The notes: generated by a model from the letters alone, not told the origin. A DNA stretch of 64,000 nucleotides from the human T2T-CHM13v2.0 reference genome, Homo sapiens (GCF_009914755.1 NC_060925.1); one strand, 5' to 3'; counted from the stretch's first letter, positions 1 to 12,519 are shown. Made by a program: numbers and translations.

Positions 1-939
1 CCCAGCACTTTTATCACTTTATCATAAAAGTAAATAGTACTGTGCTTTTTAAAACTCCCAGTAGTTTGGGTACATAGAGATTTAATTATACTGGATCCCT
101 TCACTCACACAGCATTGCTTATACATCTCCATGCATAACTTGGGTCCACACATCTAGCCTTGGTTTGGTTTTTCTTTTTGAAATATATGGTATATTACTG
201 TTTCTTCAGTTTCATGTATCTTGCTAGCTGAAAGACAACTAAACGAAACTGAAGGCATTATCCTGCCTCCGATTCTCACTCCCTGCTGTGTCCCTGGTGG
301 TGTCAAGGACACAGTTCTCATTTCACTTCCCAGTGTTGTTACTGCTGGCAAGCAAGGCAGGTAAACCACAACTAAATCCACATCCTGCAAGACCCCTAGG
401 AGCTGATTTCTCAGCTCAGAGGCAAAAGAATCAGCAATGGCCCACACTCACCCACTGAAAACCCCTCTAAATGCTCCCCAGCTTTCAGAAGGCCTCATCT
501 CATTCTTTCCTCAGACCCAGCAGGGGTCAGTCCTTGTTCCCAGCCTTCCTCAGGAGGCCCTGACCTCGGCCAGTGCTGAAAAAGGAGTCACTCATTGCCC
601 TGGCTGGGCTTTGAGAAGGTCAGGCCTGAGGCCTGGGTGGCCTCACCTAAGGGAACAAACAGTACACAGAGTCACCCTTCACTGACCCTTGCTCATGGAG
701 GAGGCATGATGTGAAAAGTCCCTGATCCTCCCTCCTTTGCTCTGGAATGTATCTTATTCCTTCCAGATGTTTTCCCTAATAATAGCTGCTTGATCTAATG
801 TAAGAGTGAGTCTGTATTCCCCAAGTGCACTGTGGACAATGGGAAAATAATCCAGAAATGAGTGGGGAAAGAGTACTTGGGGGTTAAATAATCTTTTTTT
901 CCTGGATGGTCCTCAGAGTTGATAACCCATAAGGCCTAA

Positions 940-2365
940 AGTTTGAAAGGAAGAACTAAAACTGTTTATTTGCCAATGACATAATGTCTGGTGTAGAAAA
1001 TCCCAAAGAATCTAAAAACCAAAAATCAAGCAAAGAAAACCCTCATAGAACTAATAGTTGGGTTTACCACAGTTGCAGAATACAAGATCAATATACAAAA
1101 ATCAATTGTATTTCTGTATACTATCAATGACCGTGTGGAAACCAAAATTTAAAACACAGTATTCATTTACATTATCACCTCCTCAAAATAAAAAATATGT
1201 AAGTATAACCAACAAAACATGTACAGGACTGCTGAAAACTTCAAAATGATGATGAAAGAAATTAAAGAAGAAGTAAATAAATGGAAAAACATATTGTGTT
1301 TATGGATTGGCAGATTCAACATAGTGAAGATGCCAATTCTCCTGAAATTGATTTATTAGTTTAACACAATTCTCCTGAAATTGACTTATTACTTTAACAC
1401 AATTCTTATCAAAACTCCAGCAAGGTTTTTTTGAAGACTTAGACAAGATTATTATAAAAGTTACGTGGAAAGGCAATGGATTAGAATAATTGAAACAATT
1501 TCCTGAAAGAATTAAATGGGAGGAATCACTCTATCTGATTAAGATTTACTTCATAGCAACAGACAATAGAGACGATGTATATTAGTGAAGGAACAGATAG
1601 ATCAATGAAATTGAATAGAAAAGCCAGAATTAAATCCACAAAAGTACAGTCAACTGATCGTCAATGGAGGAAGAATAGCCTTTTAAACAGACAGTGCTGG
1701 AAAAGTTGGACATCCTTAGGCAAAAAGAAAGAAAAAAATGAACTTCAATCTATATCTCCTATCTTATACAAAGGTAATTCAAAATTCCTTATAGATTTAA
1801 ATGTAAAATGTAAAACTATAAAACTTTTAGAAAACATAAGAGAAAATCTTTAGGAGCTAGGGCAAGGTGAAGAGTTCTTAGACATGACACTAAAAGCACA
1901 ATCAACAAAAGAAAAAATCCATTAAGTTGTACTTCATTTAAATTTTAAAATTTTGCTCTGTGAAAGACTATAAAAGAGATGAAAAGACATGCTATAGACT
2001 ACTAGAAAATATTTGCAAAACACACATATGACAAAGGACTCATATCTAAAATACATGAACTCTCAACACTCAACAGTACCAGGGGCTAGGGAGTAGGGAA
2101 TTGGGGATGTGACTACAAAGGCATAGCATGAGAGATATCTCTGTAGTGCTAGAACAGTTCTGTGTCTTGATTATGGTGGTTGTTACATGAATTTACGTGT
2201 GCTAAGAATGTATAAAATCAGATGCAAAACTAGCGAACTTTAAATAAGGTGTGTGTATTATACTACTGTCAACTGTCTGGCTGTGATATTGGGGAAAATT
2301 GGGTGAAGAGTACACAGTCCCCCTCTAAACTACTTTTTGTACCTTCCTTTGAATCTATAATTATT
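940..2365 (+). mobile_element. Old LINE-1 (L1M, MC/MD-like): 3' part of ORF2 plus 3' UTR remnant
   Basis: A-rich degenerate ORF2 phrases (aataaatggaaaaacatattgtgtttatggattgg; aatgtaaaatgtaaaactataaaacttttagaa). The ORF at 1575 ends DLNVKCKTIKLLENIRENL, which is ORF2-like. Confidence 0.85.
1334..1406. repeat. 33-bp tandem duplication inside the L1
   Basis: caattctcctgaaattga(t/c)ttatta(g/c)tttaaca occurs twice, followed by caattct. Confidence 0.9.
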
Positions 2366-2842
2366 CATTACCTGGATAGTCATCAAGTTGTTAATCCACT
2401 CACAATAACTGAGACTTAACTCTATTCTCCCATTGTAGACAGCAAATCTTTACAGGGACTGAGGCTTATATCTCTTTATGCCCTCCATATTCTGGCCACA
2501 GCTGAGTGCTCAGTATGTTTCTAAATGAGAGCTGTCCTTGATCTCCTTTGGTGCTTGCCTCAAATTGGAATCTTTGCCCCTGCGTCTTTACCTAAAACTG
2601 TCTGATGTATCCATCAGCCAGGCCCTGAGGAGCCCCACTTGTTCCAGATTCTTCAGATCCTCCTGGCAGCAGCAGGCCAGTCCAAATGAACATTCCACTC
2701 TGTACTTTCCAAGAAAGTGGAAGCTCCTTGAGGCAGGATCTCCTTCTGTCATGTGCACCACTGTATCCCCATCCCCTAGAGTAGTGTCCAATATATAGTA
2801 GGGACTCAGAAAATATTTGTGGACTGACTATCCATTAAAAAG

Positions 2843-2844
2843 AA

Positions 2845-2875
<31 letters not shown>

Positions 2876-2877
2876 AA
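2843..2877. repeat. (GA)n microsatellite
   Basis: Read directly. Confidence 0.95.
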
Positions 2878-3099
2878 GTAACGAGCAAAACAATCTTGCA
2901 TGCAATCTAGCATGCAAAAAAGTCATAGGTCAACAAGGCTCGCTCTTCTAATAGGAAGAAGGAAGCAATCTTTATATGTGTGTCTCTTATAGAGGCCCAT
3001 CTAAAAACACCTTCATGAGCCACCCTATGTGCAGTGATTTTTCCTTCTTCAGAATTTGCACAAACACCTCAAAGAATTGTTACTGTGTGGTGCACTCAG

Positions 3100-3720
3100 T
3101 TGAATTCTATCCAGGCATTCACTAAGCCATACTGTGTGTTGGGCACTGTACCAGCAATGGGGGTTCAGAGATTAGCAAAGTCTGCTTCCTGTCCCAAAGA
3201 AGCTTCCGGCACAATCGGGGGAGACAGACAAGCAGATCATTCCTATGGGTGTGCCTAGGGTGCTAGGATGGCACAGAAGAGAGGAATCCCGGTATAGTCT
3301 GGGAACATTGGGGTGGGCTCCCAAGTTATCAGACAGATGGGGAGATGGACAGGCAGGCAGATGACCACTACTGAGTTTTGTGCCAAACACCATGCTGAAT
3401 ATTATACACATCCTCTCACTGAGGCTTCTACAACTCCATAAGGCCAGTTTTATTCTTTCCAACTCACCTGAATCTGGGAGGACAAGTAGGATCGGGCAGG
3501 TAAGAGGAAGGGGAAAGGTGATCCCAGGTTCAGAGAACATCATGAACAGAAGCAGGGAAGTGTGCACACCGGGACTGTCTGGGGACCTGCAAGCACAAGT
3601 CATTTGTATTACTGGGGCAAAAACTTGACTGAGATCAAAATGGAAAAGGAACCAGAAGTAACCAAAAGAATCAACCCCAGAAGGTTTTGTTTGCCATGCC
3701 AAAAATGACAACGGTCTTCA
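3100..3720 (-). mobile_element. L2 fragments
   Basis: cattcactaagccatactgtgtgttgggcactg and ggaaaggtgatcccaggttcagagaacatcatgaacagaagc resemble antisense L2. Confidence 0.6.
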
Positions 3721-3817
3721 GACCAGTCTCTATGGAAGCCTGGCATTCATGGGGCTAGGCCATGAGTTACTGCACATGTTTGGTGCTAATTTCATTAAAA
3801 TGTGTTTCAGATAATAT

Positions 3818-4267
3818 TGTAGCAGATGCTGTTTGTACCCTGCCCATACTTCCTGCTCCTTGACATTGCATTACACACCAGCCCACTTCAAACTGCCAGC
3901 CCTTGCATTGCTTTGACTGAGTTTTCTTTGACAGACAGAGTCCACTGTGCCTGACCACATGGCTGGTTGCCCACACCCCACAGCTCTCAGACAACGGAGT
4001 TGGTTATAAAATTCCAGCTCCATTTCCCCTTGGGAGAAATAACTCTGAGCCACAGGTCCTATGCTGGCTCTCAGAGCTCCCCAGTGGGGTTAGCTCTGGT
4101 TGTCCACAGCGGTAATTTACTTGATCAATTTTCCTCCACTGGCTACCTTCCCTTTCCCATCTTTTGTCCTCACCTTCCTACAAGGTGTTTCCTGAGAGCA
4201 CCTCTTAGATGAGCTGCTTGCATTTAAATCCTGTGTCAAAGTCTGTTCCTGGGGCAACCCAAGCTAA

Positions 4268-4271
<4 letters not shown>
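3818..4271 (+). mobile_element. ERVL solo LTR, LTR16-like
   Basis: TG...CA termini: tgtagcagatgctg ... gtctgttcctggggcaacccaagctaagaca. Confidence 0.75.

Positions 4272-4313
<42 letters not shown>
4270..4313. repeat. (CA)n microsatellite
   Basis: About 22 perfect CA units. Confidence 0.98.
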
Positions 4314-4316
<3 letters not shown>

Positions 4317-5429
4317 GCATAGACTATCTCTGGTAGGATTCAAAGAAACTGATAAATGTGGTGTGGCTTCTGGGAAGAAAAACATTTCTTGGGAACAGGG
4401 CTGAGGGAGGAGACTTATTTGTCACAAAATATACTTTTTTTGTTGTTTTCACCTTTTGGCTTTTGCACCATTTCCATGAATTTTCTATTTAAAAAAATAA
4501 AATAACTTCCAAAGCTTGACCAGAGGCAATCAAAGAAAACCAATAAATCCTGTTAAAATTAAATAAATACTTTTTTAAAAGCTACCCAAAATATGTACTT
4601 TAAATCATTTAAAAAATCAACTGTGATTTTACAACAACATAGTCACATGCGCTTTGTATCAAAACATTGTACCATGTTGGAGACCACCAACGTATTAACT
4701 CATGTTGCCAGGAAAATTCTCTTTGAGATAGTCTGAAAAATTTATCTTTTCTGCTAGTTTCATTCATAACTTTGAATGTTTAACAGAGGTGTCACTGATT
4801 AGTAAGATTGTAGCTCTATATAGGTGATTTCTTAAAATCCAGGTCCATGCATGTCCTCTCAATTTGTACAAGCATACTACTATGGTAAACTGAGTCACAC
4901 TCAACCAAATTCACACAGGCAAAACCTAGGTGATCACGATCCCTCCCACTGCATAATGGTGAGTTGTGCAGTCAGGATCATATCACACGAGCACCTGTCC
5001 TGAGGCTGGGTTGCTTTTGATTTGACTTTTACATTTAACACAGGGAGTAAAAGCACTTAGATATTGTTAATGATTCAACTTAGAATCAAATTTTCCTCCT
5101 ACTCCACATTTAAGGTATTGGGTCTGTTTAATTGAGCGCATCCTGAGATTTCAAGGCAAGCTGTTTAAAAATTAAAAATAAAGTAAAGCAAAACAATTTT
5201 ATGACTTACTTCTGTGAATTGAACTTTCTCAACATTGGACAATAGAAACAAATGCAGGAATAAATTGAATACCAAGGCTGACATAAAACTGCAACTGTAC
5301 CCATGACCATGAATGTCAAATGTTTACACTTCTTAAAATACTCACATTGTTCAGAGTGACTGGCTTTATAACAATGTGTGCCTATAAAGTACATATCTAC
5401 CAATAAGATAACTTTTCATCTGTTTCTTC

Positions 5430-5886
5430 TATTGGTTTTGAATATAACATTTATTTGAAAAACAAGTTACATTTCCAAATGTTTGTGATCTCTGACGTGG
5501 ATGACGGTGACCAGGGCCAGCTCCTACGCGGGCGTGGGCGAGTGCTGTGGCCAGATGTGTGCGTTTGAGGCAGGCCACCCTGGCTGCTGTTGGAAAGGGA
5601 ACTGGAGCCAGCCAGCCTCCACTCTGGGCAGACAACTGGAAGGTGCTGGGAGTCAGGCTAGAGATAAAGATTTGGCATCGCAAGCCTGGTGGGAGGTGGT
5701 TGACGTCTTGGGTGCTGAGGCTGGAGCCCAGGGCGAGTGTGAAGTAAGAGGAGGGGGTCAAGATGAAAGCCTGAGAAGCCATCTTCAGCCGCTCTTTCCA
5801 CAGGCATCAGCATCAACCTCTTGACTACGGGACACCCCTGGAGGAGTGAGACTTTGGAATCAACATTCTTGAACACCCCATGAGAC
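5430..5886 (-). ncRNA. Candidate terminal exon of a minus-strand spliced, probably non-coding transcript
   Basis: Minus-strand acceptor ttttttttag|gtctca at 5887/5886, non-repetitive body, AATAAA at 5455-5450. A competing AG about 13 nt upstream weakens the acceptor. Confidence 0.3.
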
Positions 5887-6214
5887 CTAAAAAAAACCCC
5901 TGCATATAGCAGCTGTTCTGTAAATGTTTCTAGACTGACTTATTTCTTCCAGACAGCAAAGGATTGTATTATAATGAGAATCTCATTTAAACAAATTCAT
6001 CAAAATTCCTGTATTATAGCCAAACTTGTTTAAATGTCTCTACCTAGGTGGAATTAGCAGCTGGCATCTTTTTAAAAAAATTATCACAATTTTTAAAAAA
6101 TATGCATACTCTGAATTTCAAGTCAAGGCTAAATTTTAAAAAAAGAAAAAGAGAGTGTGTGCACACACTGGGCACTTTTGAATGGCATATTTTCTCCCTA
6201 AAGAAGAAACAAAA

Positions 6215-6347
6215 CAAGGGAGGAAGAGAGGAAGAGAGGGAAAGAAGGAAGGGAGGAGGGAAGAAAGGAAGGAAGGAAGGAAGGAAGGAAGGAAGGGAGG
6301 GAGGGAGGGAGGGAGGGAGGGAGGGAGGGAGGGAGGGAGGGAAAAAA
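6215..6347. repeat. Polypurine tract with (GGAA)n and (GGGA)n
   Basis: Read directly. The (GGGA)n run fits the G-quadruplex pattern. Confidence 0.95.
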
Positions 6348-7359
6348 TGCATGGTTTGTAGTTAACCAGGCCCTTAGCAGACATCCTATAGAGAAAGTAC
6401 ATGATGAAACATGCCTAGCCTGAGTTTCCTACCTACTCTGAATTTCTTTCCCCTCTGCTGATATTTAATAACTGGGCTCAGAGGATAATTCCTTTTATTT
6501 CCTCTCCCTGTCTGCTCCACTCCCCCGCAAACTCCTTCCAGGTTTCTGAAGCAGAGTCTGGGCCTCCCTGAGTGGAACTCGCCCAGCCAGATTGAGAGAG
6601 AGTCTCACTGCTCATCTCCCTGGGGCCCCAGTGCCTTGAAGCTACTTCCTGAAGGACCATGTGGGGACCTGAGAGAGGACACTGAGCCTGCTTTCATATT
6701 AAATGTGTGCCTTGCCCTGTTAGTTTCTTTCCCTGGGTGGGAACAGAACCACCAAGAAGGGAGAAATGTCTTCCGTGGCGGGGTGATTCCCACCCTTCCC
6801 CTCTCAGGAGGAACTTCCCGGCCACCCCACTGTCCGCATTGTCCCTGAGGGCTGGAGGTTGACCAATGTGGGCCTGGGATGGGCCTTACTGTGGTCCCTC
6901 ACCTCCTCCCTCTGTCCCCATGTCCATCTGTGCAAACTCTGGTTGAGATGACTGTCACAGAAAGTCTGGAGGGAGGAAAGAAGTCACAGAAGGGCAACAT
7001 CGGAGGGGAAGGAGGGAGGGAAGGAGGCTCTGTGGTGGGTGGGACCCTCCCAGCACCGTCCTCAGGTCCAGGGCTCCACTAGAGGGAAGCGAAGGAACAT
7101 AGGTTTCAGGGACCCTCGCTTGCCTTTTCAGAGCCCTGTGTCTAATTTCGTTTTTGTAACTTTACATTCTTAAGAAAGTGTCCGCAAATTCTGTAGGCTT
7201 CAAGGCCCCGAAACCAAATCCAGATGGTACCACTAGCTGACTTTGAGCCACTTTTCTCCTGCTGCCACCTCCCAGAACCACCCTCTACACATTCCTACAT
7301 CCCTGGCTCACTCAGCTGCAGCCGCTGGCACAGGTCTCCTTGTTCTTTGGACATACCAG

Positions 7360-7735
7360 GCAGTGGCCAAGGCATTAGGGCCTTGGCATTGGCTGTTCCC
7401 TCTGCCTGGAAGGCTCTTCCCCCAGGTGAAGGCTTTTCCCACCTCCTTCATGCAAGTGGTGCTTTCTCAGTGAGGCCTGCCCTGAGCTCCCTAGTCAAGG
7501 TGGAATCCCCGGCTTCTTTGACCTTGTGTTGCCTTCTACCTGCTAAGTTCCCACATCAGTTATCATCTGCTAACACAATTCAAAATCTAGTTATTTACTG
7601 TTTTCTGTCCTCCTCCCACCACTAGAACTTAAGTTCCATGAAGGAAGGGAAATTCAAATCTGTTTTGTTTACTGACGCGTTCTGAGCACCTAGTACCTAG
7701 CAGTCACTCGGTTCATATTTGTCTGATAAATGCAT
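7360..7735 (+). mobile_element. L2 3' end
   Basis: ggctgttccctctgcctggaaggctcttcccc ... ctagaacttaagttccatgaaggaagg ... catatttgtctgataaatgcatgaa. Confidence 0.8.
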
Positions 7736-8409
7736 GAAATTGCAGGTCCTAAGGCAAGGATACTGCCTGCTGCAGTTTGAGGACAGCTCTGGCCAATAAG
7801 CATCCAAATGAGAGAAAGAAAAATTGCTTCTCAGGGGCAACTGGCTTTGCAGGCTATCATGGGCCAAGGCCATGGACACCAGTGCATCCTGTCCCTGCCT
7901 GTCTGTCTCAGGATGCATCATTTGGCTCTGGGAATGTGCTGCCATCTAAGAACTTGCCAGAACTGCTGAGGCTGGGACAGGAGAGGGGCTGAAGCCTGCC
8001 CAGGCCGTGACTGTCTCACTGGTACTGGGGATCGTGGGACTTGTCATGTGTGGTGTCTAGTCCTGGAAAAGTGTAGCTAATTACTAACATAGCAAAGTGC
8101 TGAGTTAAAGAACAGAGATGTTTACTCAGAGCTGGTGCTAATTTCCTGCCTTTGCAGTGGCTGCTGGACTGGGAGGTGCACATCTGGCAGCACTTGCTGG
8201 CCTGACCCAAGGATGCAGAGCTAGAGCTCCAGAGGGTGATCATCTTGTGTCATTTGAGTCCCACAGGGACATGTCACTGATTGGCATTTTACCCTGGCGC
8301 CGAGAAGAGGGCGTGGAGGACACCAAGATGTCCATGGGATTGGCAACCCATAGTCAGCCAGCCAAGACCACCCCTGCAGACAATGCTGATGACATCATGA
8401 CGATCCTAA

Positions 8410-8610
8410 GCTTTATATAGTAGTTCACAGTCACCAAAGCTCTTTGTCATACCCTATTTAATTTTATGGTCATCCAAACCTGTAAGAAAGACAGAGCAGG
8501 AATTGTCATCCCATTTTCCACAGGAAGAATGTGAGGTCTAAAGGTGAGGCTGTGTATCACAGAGCTAGCAAACGTCATGCTGGACTGGCTTCAGCACTAA
8601 CAACTACACC
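8410..8610 (-). mobile_element. MIR
   Basis: atcccattttccacaggaagaatgtgaggtctaaaggtgag resembles the MIR core. Confidence 0.55.
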
Positions 8611-9789
8611 CTGTCCTGTGTGCTCAGAGACATGGGCCCTTGACACCCCTGGGTTTAACACTTGCAGCTTCAACTATATCCTAGAAACCTCAAAGGCCCC
8701 TGAGTGTAGTGACTTATCCCTGCACTGTGGCTGAATTTGAATCCTCGTTCGATGAGGCCAGCTTGGGAGTCACATGGCTCACAGTGTACTTGGCTTGACA
8801 TTTTTTAATCACCCTGTGGGCACCCTAACCCTCCTGTGACAATTTAAAAGCAAAACAAAAACAAAAAAAATTGTTTGCTTTTGAAAAATAGCCATCAGCT
8901 GCAAGTCAGCTAAAATCAAAGAGGCAATGGATGAGTGTGAATTTCATCATTAGGGGTGTAGTTGTCAATGAGACGTACTCGCGGCTGCCTTCTGATACAC
9001 ACTTGCCAAGTGTCAAATGTTTTGTTAGGTGCTTTACAAATGTTGAGTCTGGGTTGTCAAAGCCTGTGCTTTGAAATTCTACATCGTACTCTTCTCCTTG
9101 GAGATGCAACCTAGCAGCCTGTGTAGAGGCCTATATTTCTGAGCTCACATACCTTCAGACTCAGAAAGGTCTCAGAAAGTAACTTGTCTCTTTGTCTGTC
9201 TCTCTCTCTCTCTCTCCTTTACCATTGTCCTTCCTTTCTTCCCCCAGTAATTTTATAGCCTTCTTCTCCAATCTTCTCTTTCTTGGGCTGACCTGGAAAC
9301 TCCAAATTTTTCTCTCTTCATCTTGCAGAATAATCCATTCATTCAACAAATAGTTTTCGGATGCCTATTTTATGCCAGGCCCTATGAGCCACTAGGGAAA
9401 TGGCAGTGAACAAAACAGACGTGAATCCCTGCCTTCCTGAGGAGTCCATGCTAGTGGAGGACAAACAAACAAAAACAAGGTAAAGTCAGGCAGGATAAAG
9501 CAGTGAGGGAAATAAGACAAGAGGAAGGGGAATGGGGAGTGATGGGGCTCCCATTTGAGATGTGAGATCAGGGAAGGCCTTCCTGAAGAAAAGGTATTTG
9601 GGCAGAGGCCAGAGTCGAAGAGAGGAGAAAATCATGTCATCGTCAGAGGAGGAACATCCCTAGTGTGGGAATGAGCTAAGCCTAGAGTTGCATAGTTAAC
9701 AAACAGGAGGAGGAGGACGAGAAACAAGAGGAGATGAACAAGAAAAGGGATTGTTTAGTATATGTCGCATTCAACATTTGGAACACACT

Positions 9790-10523
9790 TGTCTTAGTCT
9801 AACCATGTGTGCTGCTGTAACACAAAACTACAGACTGGTTCCTCTATAAAGAACAGAAATTAGCTGGGATTGGTGTCCAGTGAGGGCCCAGTCTCTGCTT
9901 CCAAGATGGCACCTTGCTGCTGCGTCCTCTGCAGGGGAGGAACACTGTGTGTCACAGAACAGAAGAGCAGAAGGGCAAACCCACTCCCTCAAGCCCTTCT
10001 ATAAGGCCCCAGTCCCATCCATGAGGGCTCCACCTTCATTACTTAATCACCTAAAGCAGGGTTCCCAAGCCCTGGACCACCAACCGATACAGGTTCACGT
10101 CCTGTTAGGAACCAGGCCACACAGCGGGAGGTGGGGGCAAGCGAGCAAGCGAAGCTTCATTTGTATTTATAGCCACTTCCCATCCCTCGCATTACGGCCT
10201 GAGCTCCACCCTCTGTCAGATCAGCAGCAGCATTAGATTCTCTATGGGACTAGGAACCCTACTGGAACTATGCATGCGAGGGATCTAGGTCGTGCTCTTC
10301 TTATGAGAATTTAACTAATGCCTATGATCTAGCATGGAACAGTTTCATCCCCAAACCATCCCCACCCCTCCAACCTGTTGAAAAATTGTCTTCCACAAAA
10401 CTGGTCCCTGGTGCCAAAAAGCCTGGGGACCACTGACCTAAAGGACTCGCTCCTTAATGCTATTACATTAGAAATTAAGTTTCAACATGAATTGTGGAGG
10501 AGACACACATTCAAAACATAACA
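9790..10523 (-). mobile_element. MaLR LTR (MSTC/MSTD/MLT1A-like), split
   Basis: tgtcttagtc...cattcaaaacataaca; 5-bp TSD acact/atact. Confidence 0.85.
10057..10435. mobile_element. MER1 (MER1B-like) hAT-Charlie element
   Basis: cagggttccc...ggggaccactg termini; perfect 8-bp TSD acctaaag (10049-10056 and 10436-10443). Confidence 0.9.
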
Positions 10524-11559
10524 ATACTTATACTAAAATAATTACATGTTGTTTATCTGAAATTCAAATTTAACTTGGAATCCCGTATTTTATCTGGCAA
10601 CCCTAGATTTTGGCTTAAGGAGTGGAAAGGAGACCGATGTGGCCACAATGGAGGAAGCAAGGAGAAGATGGAGGGAGATGAGGTTGGGGAAATTTGGAGA
10701 GGAGAGGGTGGTTGACATTTCAAACACAGAGAAGCCATCTAGGTATGCTTCCAGCTCTTCCAGTGGAATTGTCTCCACCTGTCCAAGAGAGAAACCCATG
10801 CTGAGGGCTGTGAAAGAGGAAATAGGAAAGAACATAGCACAGGGAACTCAATCTAGACTGAGTCCTAAAGTGGTTCAAGTCTGCAGCATCCCTTCTTCGA
10901 ACGAGGTAAGATTCTTTGGAAACCCTGGGGTATCAACTAGGTCTTGGCTCCTTCACCCAGCAGAGCAGCTGGGTCCTGAGCAGACAAACTGAGGGAGGTG
11001 GAGTGGGGGCATGACCTGGGAGCCCAGAGGTTAGATTATCTCAAGACAGGTAAGGTGGGGGGATAGAGTCAGCAAATTCTCAGGGATCCAGAATCCTTGG
11101 TGGCTGGCTGTGGGCATCCTGGGAGGGGACAGATCAGCCCAGGGAGTCAAGAATTTGCCATTGGCCAGGACAGTTTATTTGAGAATCTGAACTGGAAGCA
11201 AACCTTGGTGACAGATCTGAGCTGTAAGTATTAAGGTTGAAACAGAAAACACCCTTTGAGGTTAAGATGTATATAAACCATTGGGCCTCATGCTGGCCGA
11301 CTTTGGGATCTGGGGAAAAGCAAGATAAACCTAGGTAGACATTTCAAGGAAATTCTGCTTTAGCCCCTGACGCCTACTTCATAGTAGATGTTTAGTCCCT
11401 GAGGATTAAATGAGATGATGTATGTAAATCACCACGCTTGGTACATTGGTAAGTATGACATTAAATGGTAAATGTCCCTTCTTCATTATACTGCTGTTCC
11501 CAAATCTGGGACCTGAAGGGAGCTTAAGACACCCCCTACCCCCTTGGCCTGCACACATA

Positions 11560-11597
11560 TACACACACACACACACACAGACACACACACACATATA
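11560..11597. repeat. (CA)n microsatellite, interrupted
   Basis: Read directly. Confidence 0.9.
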
Positions 11598-11844
11598 TGA
11601 GAGAAACTGCATGGTTAGATCTGAGCACTACAACTGAATCTCTTCCCTTTCTTGTAGATAGTGAGCTGGTAAGATTAAAATGCCTGGCACATAGCAGCTG
11701 CCCAATAAATATTGCTATATAAGTAAAAAGGAAATAAGTGGCCTTATTCTCTCTGTTCTCCCAGAGTTCAATTTTTCACTTTCAACCCGACAAAAAAGGA
11801 AGTAGGGCTGCCCGAGTGGGGCTATGGAGAATCAGGAGCAAACT

Positions 11845-12005
11845 GCTCCCCGCCCTTCCCAGTTCAGGGGTGTTGCTTCATCGCCCGACTGACACGCAGG
11901 CCAGAGAAGCAGCTGACTCCCCGCAGAGCTGCTGCCTTATAAGGACATTGGCCAGGCCTGCCAGGTGTGTCATCCCAAAGCCCTGTGATGGCCCCAGTGA
12001 GTCAA
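11845..12005. promoter_or_regulatory. Candidate enhancer/promoter with GC-box, E-boxes, CArG, CCAAT and AP-1 motifs
   Basis: CCCCGCCC 11848-55; CAGCTG 11910-15; CCTTATAAGG 11935-44; ATTGG 11947-51; CAGGTG 11962-67; TGAGTCA 11998-12004; several retained CpGs. Confidence 0.45.
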
Positions 12006-12126
12006 GGCCAGGGTGGATTTAAAAAACTCAGAAAAGCCATATGGGCAGCAAGTGAGAGTTTTCTCACTTCCTTTCCTCCTCACATGTTTCCATATGTTTT
12101 AAATTATTATCCCATTTACCACTTAC

Positions 12127-12275
12127 CTCTGCAATTGGGAAAACAGAGAATAGAGTTTTTGATTTAGAAAAGAGGTACTCATAAGCTATTACTCCAGTAG
12201 CAAAGGAAATTCTCTCTCTGATTTTCTGGTGGGTTGCTGGCGGGGAGTGAGCTGATGAAATGAAGAAAGTATAGC
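12127..12275 (-). ncRNA. Candidate 149-nt internal exon
   Basis: Minus-strand acceptor cttctccgcag|g and donor gag|gtaagt. Confidence 0.35.
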
Positions 12276-12519
12276 CTGCGGAGAAGTCCCCTTAAGAATG
12301 AATATGTGGTGGCCCCTCCAGGACAAGGCAGGATCCAGCAGCGTAGAGAGCTGCCTCCATCCCAGGGCAGTGCGGGGAGACCCAGTCTCCCTCTGCTGAG
12401 GGAGGACTTGATGCTCGCAAAGGCAAGCCAGCAATGGGCAGGGAGACTTGGAGAAAAGTGGTCCTTTTGAAAGATATGAAGGCCCAAGAAGGGGCAGTGG
12501 TACTGAACAGAAGTGGCAT

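Larger units (their letters stand above)
9683..10605. mobile_element. MER53-like hAT MITE, split
   Basis: Right half atacttatactaaaataa...gtttatctgaaattcaaatttaact...tattttatctggcaacccta; degenerate left end tagagttgc. Confidence 0.75.
9335..10700 (-). mobile_element. L2 host split by nested insertions
   Basis: cattcattcaacaaata at the L2 3' end. L2-like sequence stops at about 9682 and resumes at about 10606. Confidence 0.7.

Noticed and set aside
5161-5208. Minus-strand donor (aa|gtaagt) and strong acceptor 48 nt apart
   Set aside because: Too short for a human intron; the acceptor alone has no supporting downstream signal.
5860-5886. VSWG..EC resembles the serine-protease GIVSWG motif
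   Set aside because: A stop follows immediately and no other protease motifs or exons are visible.
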